From IMG/VR virus record IMGVR_UViG_3300047539_000078, positions 64,001 through 128,000 of that record: DNA of 64,000 nucleotides; one strand, given 5' to 3'. The stretch's first letter is position 1. The number at the start of each line of letters is the position of its first letter. A program made the position numbers and the translations under genes. This document shows, in pieces, positions 30,601-39,200 of the stretch. The DNA is from a virus (lineage: Duplodnaviria > Caudoviricetes). The notes beneath the pieces are model-generated. The model searched no databases. It was not told the origin of the DNA and worked only from the letters and a program-made list of their open reading frames with translations.

Positions 30601-33600
30601 CATCGTAATCTACGTCTACCAGGCCATACCGCACGGCTACTTGCCAGTGCTGTTCACCGTTGCATGGGATGAATTTTCCGTTTGACGCCGCGATCCACCC
30701 CGCCGAAAGAAGTCCGGCGGCGTCCTTGAATAGCGAGGATTGGAGATTCAGGCCGGACGCGCTCGGCGGTTGGTCAGTCGTCTTAGCCTTATCACGCTCC
30801 CGCCACTTCGCAACAAGGTCAGCCTCCTCCTGCCGTTCCGCAATGAACTTAGGATCGGCTGGAGGCAGCTCCGTCGGGGCAGAATTCCAAAGCTCCTGCA
30901 GCTTGGCTTTTTTGTCATCGTCCTGGGGGATGGTCCACTTGTCCCCGATCATGGACCCGTTCAGGAATACGGGGTCGGTCGTCTGGGTCATGCGAACGTT
31001 GGGATCGGGTGACTTTGACTTATTCCACAGCCACCGGCTTACGCCCTTCCCTCCGATGCGGGTGGCCACGGCGAAGTATAGCTTGCCGCTCGGGAACTTA
31101 CACAATGCGATCCAGTACGGCTTCACTGGGGATTTATCTTGGACATACGATTCATCGGAATGCTCGGTGACAAAGTCCCCCCCGTACTTGGCGTTGTACT
31201 TGTCGGCATACAGTTTCCAACTGGGGCCATGCCCCGTTCCCTTCTGATTGCGGACGAACATCTTGTAGCCGACCGTCCCCATCCCTTCATAGCGCTGGAG
31301 TTCTTTAATGCCGTTGACGAGCGAATCGGCATGGTGGCAAAGTTCATGGGCCAGGACGCGGCGCAGCGTGTTTTCATCGCCCACTATGGATTTTTGAACG
31401 TCTATGCGGGTGTTCGCACCCCAGGACAACTGGTTGTTTTTGATTGCTATGCGCCAAGTGTCCTGTCCCCACCAGTTCGAACGCTGTTGGTTGACGATCT
31501 TGAGTTCCGGCTCCGGAAGTTCTTCCCCCAGAATCGGGAAAAGCTCCCGCATCACACGCTGCACTTGCGCCAGTTCTGATTGTGTTGCTGCAAGATGGGC
31601 CGTGTTCGTCTTCACCACTTGGATTTGGCCGGAATCGAAGACGGCGTAGGATATGCCGCCGAATTCCCCCTCGCCTTCGTCGCAAACCACGCCGTCGTAT
31701 CCCAGATGGCGGATTGCATCCACGAACTTCTTGTCGTCCAGCAGCTTCCACTCCTGCCCTTGCTCGTCCACCCGCAGTTTATTGGCGTCTATGCCGTAGT
31801 TCTGCCACGGGAAATCAGGCAGAAGATTGTCGCGCAGTTCTTCCAGCAGCGTGTAGCGTGTCTTGCCCCCGTCGAACGGAAGGTCAGGTTGGCTCACATC
31901 GGCGTCGATCCACGATGCATCACGGAAATCCAACGGGTTGTCGATGGTGATGTAGCACTGCTTGACGTAGCGCTTGTCCCCGTGCTGCTTGGTGCGGTTC
32001 TCCGCCCAGTTCCAAGCCACCTGCGAGTCGGGGGTGAAGAAGTAGGCGTGCGTCTTAACCGTGTAAGAGATGCCGAAGAGCCCATGGGTCCGGTTCGCCA
32101 CTTCCTGCGGGGCGAATTCCTCGAACATGTTGGGCGTGCCGTGGAATACGGGTCCGATTCGATTCGCCTTCTTGAACAGCTTGCCTACGCGAGTCGAACC
32201 GAATGTGCGCTTCGGATTATCCCAAAAATTTTGGGCATCATTGGAGTGAGGCAATGAGGGTGCGATCTTCTTGCCGAGCAGCTTTTCGGCTGCGGAATAC
32301 AATACGGACCCAATCCCCTGGCGGCGATGATTAGGTTCGACTTCAATGGCTCCCTCTATTTTATCTTCATACTTGGTGTGAGGACCCCCGAACGCACTTC
32401 CAACTACGCGGTCATCATTGTCCACTACCCAAAAATTCCAATAGCCTTCTTCGGTGGATTGGAATGCATAAACACCGTACTCCTTAAAAGTGTCGACCTT
32501 TTTGGCTTGGGCTTTGTAGGTGTCCAGCCACATTTCGGTGAAACGTTCCCATCTTTCAGGGTCGTTTGACGGTCTGTTTTTATATTCAGCTAGCTTGCCC
32601 GTGCGAGTCACGCCGAGGTCGTAGGTTCCATCGACAGCCTCGCCGCCTTCCTCCACCAGCTTTTCGATCGAGGGCAGGCTCAATCCGAATCCACCGCCTC
32701 GACGGTCGGGCTGGTTCGCCCACCCGTTGGAGCCTTCCGGGTATTCCGTATAGCGGCGCGAATCGAGTTGCGGGCTGTCGGCGGTTTTCGTAACTCTAGA
32801 CGGCTTTTCCAGACTGAAATCGATATCCTCACCCTTTCTCACTAGTTTCTTAGTAAACGAACGTCCTTGGTATTCCATTTTTTTGTACATCCCAACCGTA
32901 GCGTCGAATTGAACGTTATCCCCTAAGGAAAGACCTGCGGACCAGCCTCCTCCGGCAATCCACACATGGTCGGCGACTTCAGAACCGTTTTGCTTCAAAT
33001 TTTCCATGCAAATGTAACCCTTTCGCCCCATTGAACCCACAGTCCCAGTGAATGTCTTGCGTTCGTCTAAGAACTCCGCTAGTCGGTCGCGGGTTGAACT
33101 CTTCAGCAGCCAATGACCGACCTTGCTGCCGAGCACCCAATCGCCCTTGGGGGCGTACGAGGACTTGTCCCCGTGGAGCTGGTGATGCAGTTGTATGAAC
33201 CACTCTGAGCGGAAATCGGAATGGGCGTCCACGAAATCGCTTCCGTACTTCCCGTTGAACTTCTGCGCGAAGTAAATCCACGGCCCCATGTGGGAGTCGT
33301 TGAACACCTGGGTCCGGTCGAACAGAGCCTTGTCGGGCTCCTTGCGCTCCGCCACACGCTTCATGTAGTCCATATAGGTCGCATAGTGGCATATCTCGTG
33401 AGCGAGCACGCGGCGGAACAGATCTTCAGAGAGTGTGCATGCCTTCTCGACCGTGATCCATACATTGAGCTTGCTCGTCGTGCCGTTTATGTGGCATACC
33501 CCCATCGCTTTGGGGGACAGGTTGTCTACGATCACGACACGGGGACGCTCGCTAACATCGGGGATCACGGACATCAGTTCCGCGACGATGGCATCGACAT

Positions 33601-34975
33601 TCACGTCGGCTGTACTGGCTGCCACCTTGCCCGTGTTCTCCAGCCAATCGGTGACCTCAGGGACGCTGTTGAATTCCTCATATCCGCCTTTCCATTCTAC
33701 GATGATGAAATCGATCTTGACGGGATCGGCGAAAAGGAATTCGGAAATCTCTCGCTTGACGGTCGAATTCAGGCGGGTGACCTCGATGTAGACCCCCGAC
33801 TTCGCCCCGTAATCAGGGACGATGCGGACGGCACCCTTGGTGAGGGCATCCGTCTCGCTCTTAAAGCCCAGTCTCAAAGCGAGATTGCCGTGAGTCTCGT
33901 TCTGGCGGGCATAGTATTCACCGTCTACGATCCAGCCCCCATCGCTGAAGATGGTGAACTCCTCATCTTTGGCGTAGGGTTCGGTGGGCACGTTGCGCAT
34001 GTCCCATCCGCCCGTCTTGTCAAGCCACAGCCGAAATCCTTGAAACGCTCCTGGATGTTCAAGTCGACGATTTCTACTAACCCGGCGCTGCGTGTCCGTC
34101 TTGTCGAGCCACAGCCCAATGGCGTGTCCGGTTTTTTGATCCCAGAACTCCTCCGCACCGGAACTGCTTCTGATGGATTCGTAGCCGAGGGACGCGAGGA
34201 TGCCGCGAGATTCGTCGAAGTCGGACTGGTCGTCTGCCACGATGTCCGTACCGGCGCTCGCCGCCTTCTGGATGTACGGAACTTCCTTCATCACTTCCCG
34301 CCCTTCATAGATCAGCGGTTCCGCCCCCACGTTGTATCCTAGGAGGCGCAGCACCTTCATGTATTTGTTCGTCTTGTCGGGGCTTTGCGATACCGCATGC
34401 AGCTTGCCGTATGTGTCCAGCCACCCGTCGATCACCTGCTTGATGCCGTTCACGGTCTTGCGCCCATCGGCGGGCATCTCCGTCAGCGGCTGCGTATTCA
34501 TGTGCTGGCTCTTGTCGGCCATGTTGAAGCCGCGACGCTGGATGCCGATCTGGAAGAAGTCCGGGATGAGTTCGGTGCCCATCAGGACGAGTTCATAGTC
34601 CCCGACTTCCGCCTCGTCAATGATGTAGCTGCCCGTCAGCTCTTCTATTTCGTCCCGGTTCTCCGGCGTGAGCGCTGCGGTCTTTCCGGCGAGCCCGTTC
34701 AGCGTGCGGGTGCCGCCTTCCACAAACCATCCCGCGAGGTCGCTGCGCGGGTGGACGAGGTTGAGGATGCGGTCGATGATCTGGAGCTTGTCCTCGGCTG
34801 TCTTGGCCTCCCGGAGATTCAACGCCTCGTTTGAAAGGGCATTTGCCGCGTAGTCGCTGATTCTCCAGGACCCGTGCTCGTCATCGAAGAAAGACTCGTT
34901 GATTTCAAAGTAGTTTTCGGGAAGCCCCTCTTCAGTCAAATCAGTAGCGGTCAATTGGGCTCTCCGCATAGTCAA
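27404..34975 (-). CDS. main segment of giant polyvalent protein: 2 SprT-like zincins, 2 GNATs, 3 HGT-type ART-like domains, 3 copies of an unnamed repeat domain
   Basis: VLAHEICH and VLAHELCH; RRQGIG and RGKGGG GNAT motif A; FHGT/YHGT ART motifs; K-x-A linkers. Confidence 0.85.
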   Translation of the reverse strand: MTMRRAQLTATDLTEEGLPENYFEINESFFDDEHGSWRISDYAANALSNEALNLREAKTAEDKLQIIDRILNLVHPRSDLAGWFVEGGTRTLNGLAGKTAALTPENRDEIEELTGSYIIDEAEVGDYELVLMGTELIPDFFQIGIQRRGFNMADKSQHMNTQPLTEMPADGRKTVNGIKQVIDGWLDTYGKLHAVSQSPDKTNKYMKVLRLLGYNVGAEPLIYEGREVMKEVPYIQKAASAGTDIVADDQSDFDESRGILASLGYESIRSSSGAEEFWDQKTGHAIGLWLDKTDTQRRVSRNRRLEHPGAFQGFRLWLDKTGGWDMRNVPTEPYAKDEEFTIFSDGGWIVDGEYYARQNETHGNLALRLGFKSETDALTKGAVRIVPDYGAKSGVYIEVTRLNSTVKREISEFLFADPVKIDFIIVEWKGGYEEFNSVPEVTDWLENTGKVAASTADVNVDAIVAELMSVIPDVSERPRVVIVDNLSPKAMGVCHINGTTSKLNVWITVEKACTLSEDLFRRVLAHEICHYATYMDYMKRVAERKEPDKALFDRTQVFNDSHMGPWIYFAQKFNGKYGSDFVDAHSDFRSEWFIQLHHQLHGDKSSYAPKGDWVLGSKVGHWLLKSSTRDRLAEFLDERKTFTGTVGSMGRKGYICMENLKQNGSEVADHVWIAGGGWSAGLSLGDNVQFDATVGMYKKMEYQGRSFTKKLVRKGEDIDFSLEKPSRVTKTADSPQLDSRRYTEYPEGSNGWANQPDRRGGGFGLSLPSIEKLVEEGGEAVDGTYDLGVTRTGKLAEYKNRPSNDPERWERFTEMWLDTYKAQAKKVDTFKEYGVYAFQSTEEGYWNFWVVDNDDRVVGSAFGGPHTKYEDKIEGAIEVEPNHRRQGIGSVLYSAAEKLLGKKIAPSLPHSNDAQNFWDNPKRTFGSTRVGKLFKKANRIGPVFHGTPNMFEEFAPQEVANRTHGLFGISYTVKTHAYFFTPDSQVAWNWAENRTKQHGDKRYVKQCYITIDNPLDFRDASWIDADVSQPDLPFDGGKTRYTLLEELRDNLLPDFPWQNYGIDANKLRVDEQGQEWKLLDDKKFVDAIRHLGYDGVVCDEGEGEFGGISYAVFDSGQIQVVKTNTAHLAATQSELAQVQRVMRELFPILGEELPEPELKIVNQQRSNWWGQDTWRIAIKNNQLSWGANTRIDVQKSIVGDENTLRRVLAHELCHHADSLVNGIKELQRYEGMGTVGYKMFVRNQKGTGHGPSWKLYADKYNAKYGGDFVTEHSDESYVQDKSPVKPYWIALCKFPSGKLYFAVATRIGGKGVSRWLWNKSKSPDPNVRMTQTTDPVFLNGSMIGDKWTIPQDDDKKAKLQELWNSAPTELPPADPKFIAERQEEADLVAKWRERDKAKTTDQPPSASGLNLQSSLFKDAAGLLSAGWIAASNGKFIPCNGEQHWQVAVRYGLVDVDYDDVDEDGEFEGTDVVSEAARAGNIRVQGSTNPDFTVMNDTPETRKLIANTIRKYKATIIHCSIEFFNPQNYIDKLTPDEAIRWMVTGEEPVKTDVRKWRESSKTAGLKGKLEFHQEGSSLWIDMFELKPEDRGKGGGRTAWTEFEASIPETIKLLRLVAGDTGDGNSAGFWEKMGFDYTYEANENGDEDEESDIYMWKGINGNPTPEQLTPEADIEKFSAKRGIWYHGTSIKNLRSIIAEGLVPEGKKKNWDSDPNAGIHTPSREAYGGIYVTQNLMTATGSVRDDNGQNGTGRKLVVVAELQPQTFFLDEDSIVSSLGAPIQHISDSQYHVTIVYIAATQPGVSASWQSNAAEYKKNYIKHAMEMFDYKFKEQEKEMHADLRARLEQLVTDTWLPALGRLAAHFAKGMKDYDVRKSYTEVFNGKWDETPPKDTLFPSVAQGEADFRKHAEQITRTMRPLAYEQKGYRATARVTTPIGYSGSNHIVAVVEIRDGRQYVYKNAEGKTVVRMVVHYGKLPEDFWTQWNERFGYAVEMGEQTKAASAKEAVNENLLTEAGRNWRNGGFIMPDGSVEYCKNVHDEHNLLAQRLGLAESSSVFYDPVKLVRQALDKGAIRFNVWGSWRVANKTVPSTNFQVGTLDSGSKAKMRDYIMEHPTDGVIIEWTRNGGVGNVEFTSVEETVDWLESDSLRHQSSKVAEWVDVERHSEPEHTEGFFYGPAGTGYADYGPVKTNAQIDDDFIYHGTSTYDLLHETGHWDDPIPKDIRQNVLRVVKEIKEAFPEDTYIQGLTDDPQTIAEAADYQGFGGEDFYFEMLQRTAADILQKQGYKGAFWTEEDDLSPEQYQIWDRSAIRKMADMKLASPLLILAVDYMEMFKSFLKSITATNQTGAWEAMAKKEVAWAKEHLEKADRITWYLRWVRLDLIKQAEDVKVVPAGSFDNARKEYAQKSGKPTSDLTAIWPPLKRKLLHYLALEDVNIQSKRFQFQTPEELLREFGELEDAMLAKADESKRMLEPQEGDEIFIKFDNGWAWWLLATRLLPRRGEGDGALRQPGTGHRRPHHQPARAP

Positions 34976-36252
34976 GCGGGTTGTTCATGCGTGTGCCCGG
35001 TCAGGATGTTGTTCACTTCGATCTTGTGGATGTTCGTGACGATGATGTCGGCAATCTTGTTGATGCCAGCCTCGTCCCGCACGAATCCGAGCTTCGCGTA
35101 GTCATTCCAGATTTTCTTCAGGCGTCCTGCGGGGACGAGCGTCCATTGCTGGCGGTATGCCTTGTCATTCAAATGGGCGGCGTACTCGCTCAACAGGGCG
35201 CTTGGGCGACCTATGTCATGACCTTCTACGTGAGAGTACACCGTGTCTTCGGACGCGGCGGTCTTCGGCTTGACCATCCGCACCTGGTTCGGCTTGAACA
35301 CGATGGCGTCGAAGGTCCCGTCCTTCTCGGGCAGGATCACGCCGTCGTAGTCCCGCTTGAGTTCCCCGAGGGAGTACTTCTCGTACTCCGCCCACCCGGC
35401 GGGGTTCTTTATGTTCACGTACATCCCGAGGATGTGCTTCGCGCCGGAAGCGCCCGACTCCCCCCGCTCGATCTTGGAACGGTCGGAGGTGACCCAGAAC
35501 ACGCCCTGCGCCCCCTTGCCCATGTTCACGCGGGAGAACTGCTCGTTCGTCCCGTGGTAGCAGACGAGCGGCTTCCCTGCGGCGTCGACGACCTTGGAAC
35601 CGGCGAACCAGGCATCGAGCGGCTGCGAGGCGAACACGGTTTGTTTTATGGTCTGTATGGCGTCGGGCGGGATATCGCCCAAGTACGCCGCCTGGCAGAC
35701 GTATTTCATGCTGACCTGCCACGGACACAGCGCCCAGTTGTCCCCGCATTCGTTGCGGATGCTGGCCGGAACCTCTTGCCACATATCGGGAAGCTCGTAG
35801 TCATCAGGACGCAGGCGGTCTTTGTTCAGCTTCGAGAGGTCGATGCGGAGGACAACCCAATCCTTGTCAGCAACACCCCACATACCGGCATAATTCCGCG
35901 CCGTGTACTCGTCGCAGGCGATATAGATGGCCTTTCCCCACTCGACATGGGACTCAGACATATCAGACTTGAGGCCGTTTTTCAGGATATCACCCAAATT
36001 GGCTCTATCGGTTCCGTGATAGCCGAACTTCGGCTCCTTGGCGGCGGAGGTCATGGACATGCCGGAGTTTTCCAGCCAGTCCACGCACTCCTGGCTGCCG
36101 TCGAATGACTCGGTCTCGCCAATCGCAACAGCATCAATGAAAATCTTGTACTCCGAGGGATGCGTGATCAGGTGGTCCTTCACCAATTGGCGAGTGTTGC
36201 CCGCACCCAGATCGTACACCTCGATGCTGACTTCCTTGTTGTAGAAGGACAC
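34972..36252 (-). CDS. segment of giant polyvalent protein: Tpt1/KptA-like ART and ART-PolyVal-like domains
   Basis: YHGTDRANLGDILKNGL..IY..IPP; WFAGSKVVD..PLVCYHGT..YDGVI..VFKPNQV. Confidence 0.8.
   Translation of the reverse strand: MSFYNKEVSIEVYDLGAGNTRQLVKDHLITHPSEYKIFIDAVAIGETESFDGSQECVDWLENSGMSMTSAAKEPKFGYHGTDRANLGDILKNGLKSDMSESHVEWGKAIYIACDEYTARNYAGMWGVADKDWVVLRIDLSKLNKDRLRPDDYELPDMWQEVPASIRNECGDNWALCPWQVSMKYVCQAAYLGDIPPDAIQTIKQTVFASQPLDAWFAGSKVVDAAGKPLVCYHGTNEQFSRVNMGKGAQGVFWVTSDRSKIERGESGASGAKHILGMYVNIKNPAGWAEYEKYSLGELKRDYDGVILPEKDGTFDAIVFKPNQVRMVKPKTAASEDTVYSHVEGHDIGRPSALLSEYAAHLNDKAYRQQWTLVPAGRLKKIWNDYAKLGFVRDEAGINKIADIIVTNIHKIEVNNILTGHTHEQPA
35585..35610. repeat. exact 26-bp direct repeat, copy 1 (copy 2 at 37732-37757)
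   Basis: TCGACGACCTTGGAACCGGCGAACCA is identical in two ART modules (encodes WFAGSKVVD). Confidence 0.85.
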
Positions 36253-39200
36253 CCGAACTGCACCCGTTTCCAGGCATAGGCGACCGCAGAAGTGTAGTCG
36301 CTTTTCGGCGCTAATCCAAGTCGAGTCGCAGCCCGTCCATGGTCTTCGTTATACTCCAGAGGCAGCTCCTTGCCGTCTGCGGTGATCCAAAGTCCACGGA
36401 CCCAACCGGCGGCGGTCTTCGGCTTCCCCATCAAGCTGTGCAGCTTGGCGTTGTCGTTTTTCAGGAGTTCCACGAGGCCGGGATGGAACGACCCCGGCTC
36501 GGTTTCCATTTTTTCGAGGACTTCTTCCAAAGGCATCCATTCGAGGGCATCCGTTTCCCACTCATGGGCATCCCCCGGGTTATATGCGAATTCGGCACCG
36601 ACCACCCCGATGAAGTTGTGGTACTTGAACCCGCCGTCCGTGAAGACGTGCGCGGGAATGAGGTTGATGCCGCCACGGTACCCGGTCTCCTCGCCGAGTT
36701 CATTCTTGGCGCTCTGTTCCGGGGACATTCCCGATTTGACGGCACCGCCTATGGTGCCCCAGCAATCGCCTTGGTGAACCGCGTTGCTGCGCCACGCGAG
36801 ACATACCGTACCTTTTGACGGGCAGACTGGCAGGATGCCGGACGCCGCATCCCCCTCCCCGGCCCACTGGCCTTCCTCGATGTACCCTTCGGCGGCTGTC
36901 TTGCGGTCCCGGACGGCTTCCTTCGCCTTTAAATTGCCGCTCAAGACAAACCACTCGCCCTGCATCCCTGAGTAATGGCTTTCGCCTGGCCGGGCACGCA
37001 TCCGCCAAGTCACTATGTCCGACAACTGTACTCCCTGGATTTTGCCGACGCTCTGCCAGACGAACCCGCGACCTTCCGCAAAATAGAAGGCGGTGTCCCA
37101 ATTGGAGGACCATGAAAGGACTTCCCGGTGGCTCCCGGTCCATGTGGGGGTGCCACGGTAATGCCACTTTTCGTCGTACGCGCCGCTGTAGTGCGGTTCC
37201 CCACGGTATATGCACTTACCGCCAAAAGCATTCGGCACGAACGGCGGGATGGTCTTGAGTATCGGAGCCAGTTTTTCGATGGGAGCATCGGGGACTTGCA
37301 CATAGTCCACGACCATATTCCAAAGCTCGTCGTCCTCGGCGATCTGGCGGCAAGCCTTGTCGTACTTGCTTTCAGCGGCGGTCTTGTACACGCTTCTGAT
37401 TTGGCTCGGCTTGAAGACCACCCATGTATCCCCGTCCCAAAGATCATCGAGTTCCGGATCGGACGTGATGCGGAGCCCGTCGTACCCGTTGCCCGCATCC
37501 ATGAGCAGTTGTCCGTTTTCAAGTTGTCCGTTCAGGTATTCCGACGGGGAGATGGTCAACGGACGCTTGACGGACAATTGGACGGGGTGTACGTTGCTGC
37601 CCTCATCCTTGCCGGTGTACTTGCTGGCGACATCCGGGTTGGCGGTAAAGAAAATCCCCTCTTCGCCAGACTTGAATTTTTCGAACTGGTGGATCGTGCC
37701 GTGATACACGGTCAAGGGGTTTCCTTGGGCATCGACGACCTTGGAACCGGCGAACCATTTGGGGTCTGCGGCACCGGCCTTGCGGTTCGGCGAGTACAGA
37801 TTAGCCTTGTATTCGATCCGCTCCTCGAATGCGTTGCTTTCCAATGCCGTGTGGATTCTTGACAGGGCGCGGTCTAGGTGATTAGCGGCTTCTTCATAGT
37901 CCCCTGCCGCTGCCTCGGCTTCCGCATATATCATATCTCCGTTGGAATACTTGACGCGCTCATTCAGATAGTCAGAAATTCCTGGGCCGCTCTTCGTCTT
38001 TGCCAACGCCGTGAAGTCCTTGATGATGGTCACCATCTTGGGAAGCATCTGGACGTAGAGACGCCGGACTGCTATCGGGTTCTCATCCTTGCTGGAGTCA
38101 AACCACGCCTTGCGGGCGTCCATGTTGATGATTTCGTTGTGCATAGCGTACAGGCGCGAGTATGCATCCGCATCGCCAGCGGAGGCGGTCTTCTTCCCAT
38201 GCTCAGTGTCAGCCGCGTCGTACACATCCACACGTATGACGGCTTCCGGCGGTACCAAGCCCGTACCCCGCCACAGGTCGCCTTCGACGTTCTTCAACCC
38301 CGACTTGATCTGGTCCAATACGACCACGGCGAACTCGCCTTCAAAGTGTGTCCCGTGGTTATTGGGGTTCCACACTCTGCCGCAGCCTGTGAGGCACCCG
38401 TAGTACAGGGCGTCGTTGATGTCGGTAGTGGCGTAGACTTCCTTGCTCTGGGACCACAAACCGTTCACGCGGATCGCCTCTGCGGCCTCCAAGCTGGTTC
38501 CGTGGTAAAGCTCGCCAGCGGAAGCGGTCTTGATCCCAAGCGGCACTGGCGTCTGCTTCTTGTCCTTCGACGAGAGTACGACCTCGTCTACCTGGAAGCT
38601 GATGCCCTCGAAGGCGTTGGAATTGCGGTAGCGCTCCGCGACCTCCGGCTTGACGAACGCGATGGTCACGTGCGGGGCGAATTCGAAATCCTCGGGGCGG
38701 TTTCCGAGGAACTTGTCGACGACGCCGTGAAGCGCCGTGAGCTGCGGTGCTTGGACTAGTGCTACGATTGGGCACGTGCCCTTGCTGCTGGCACTCGGCT
38801 GGAAGACCTGTAGGCGGCCAAGCGTGGCTGTGAAAGGTGGCTGGTCGCGCAGGGCTCCCCCAAGCTTCTCCGCGTTTTCCTCGACGCCGTAGCGGACGGT
38901 GATATGCGGGGTTTTCTCGCGTCCATCCCCGGCCAGGTCGTCGTCGGGGATTGTGGAATTCCCCAGTTCAATGATTTTCTTCGCGGCTTCATCCGGCAGG
39001 TTGATGAGGACTATGGCTTGGGCTGCGGCGGTCTTGCTCTCTGCGGTCTTTCCAGCCGTGATGGTGATCGGACCTTCAGGGGACGGGTCCTCCCATCCTA
39101 CGTTCGGGTCCTTCAGGATTCCGGTGAGCATGATCTGTGCGCCGTCCTTGAGGCGGCACTCGTCCTCATCATCCCCAATGGATGGGTGGAGGTTTACGGA

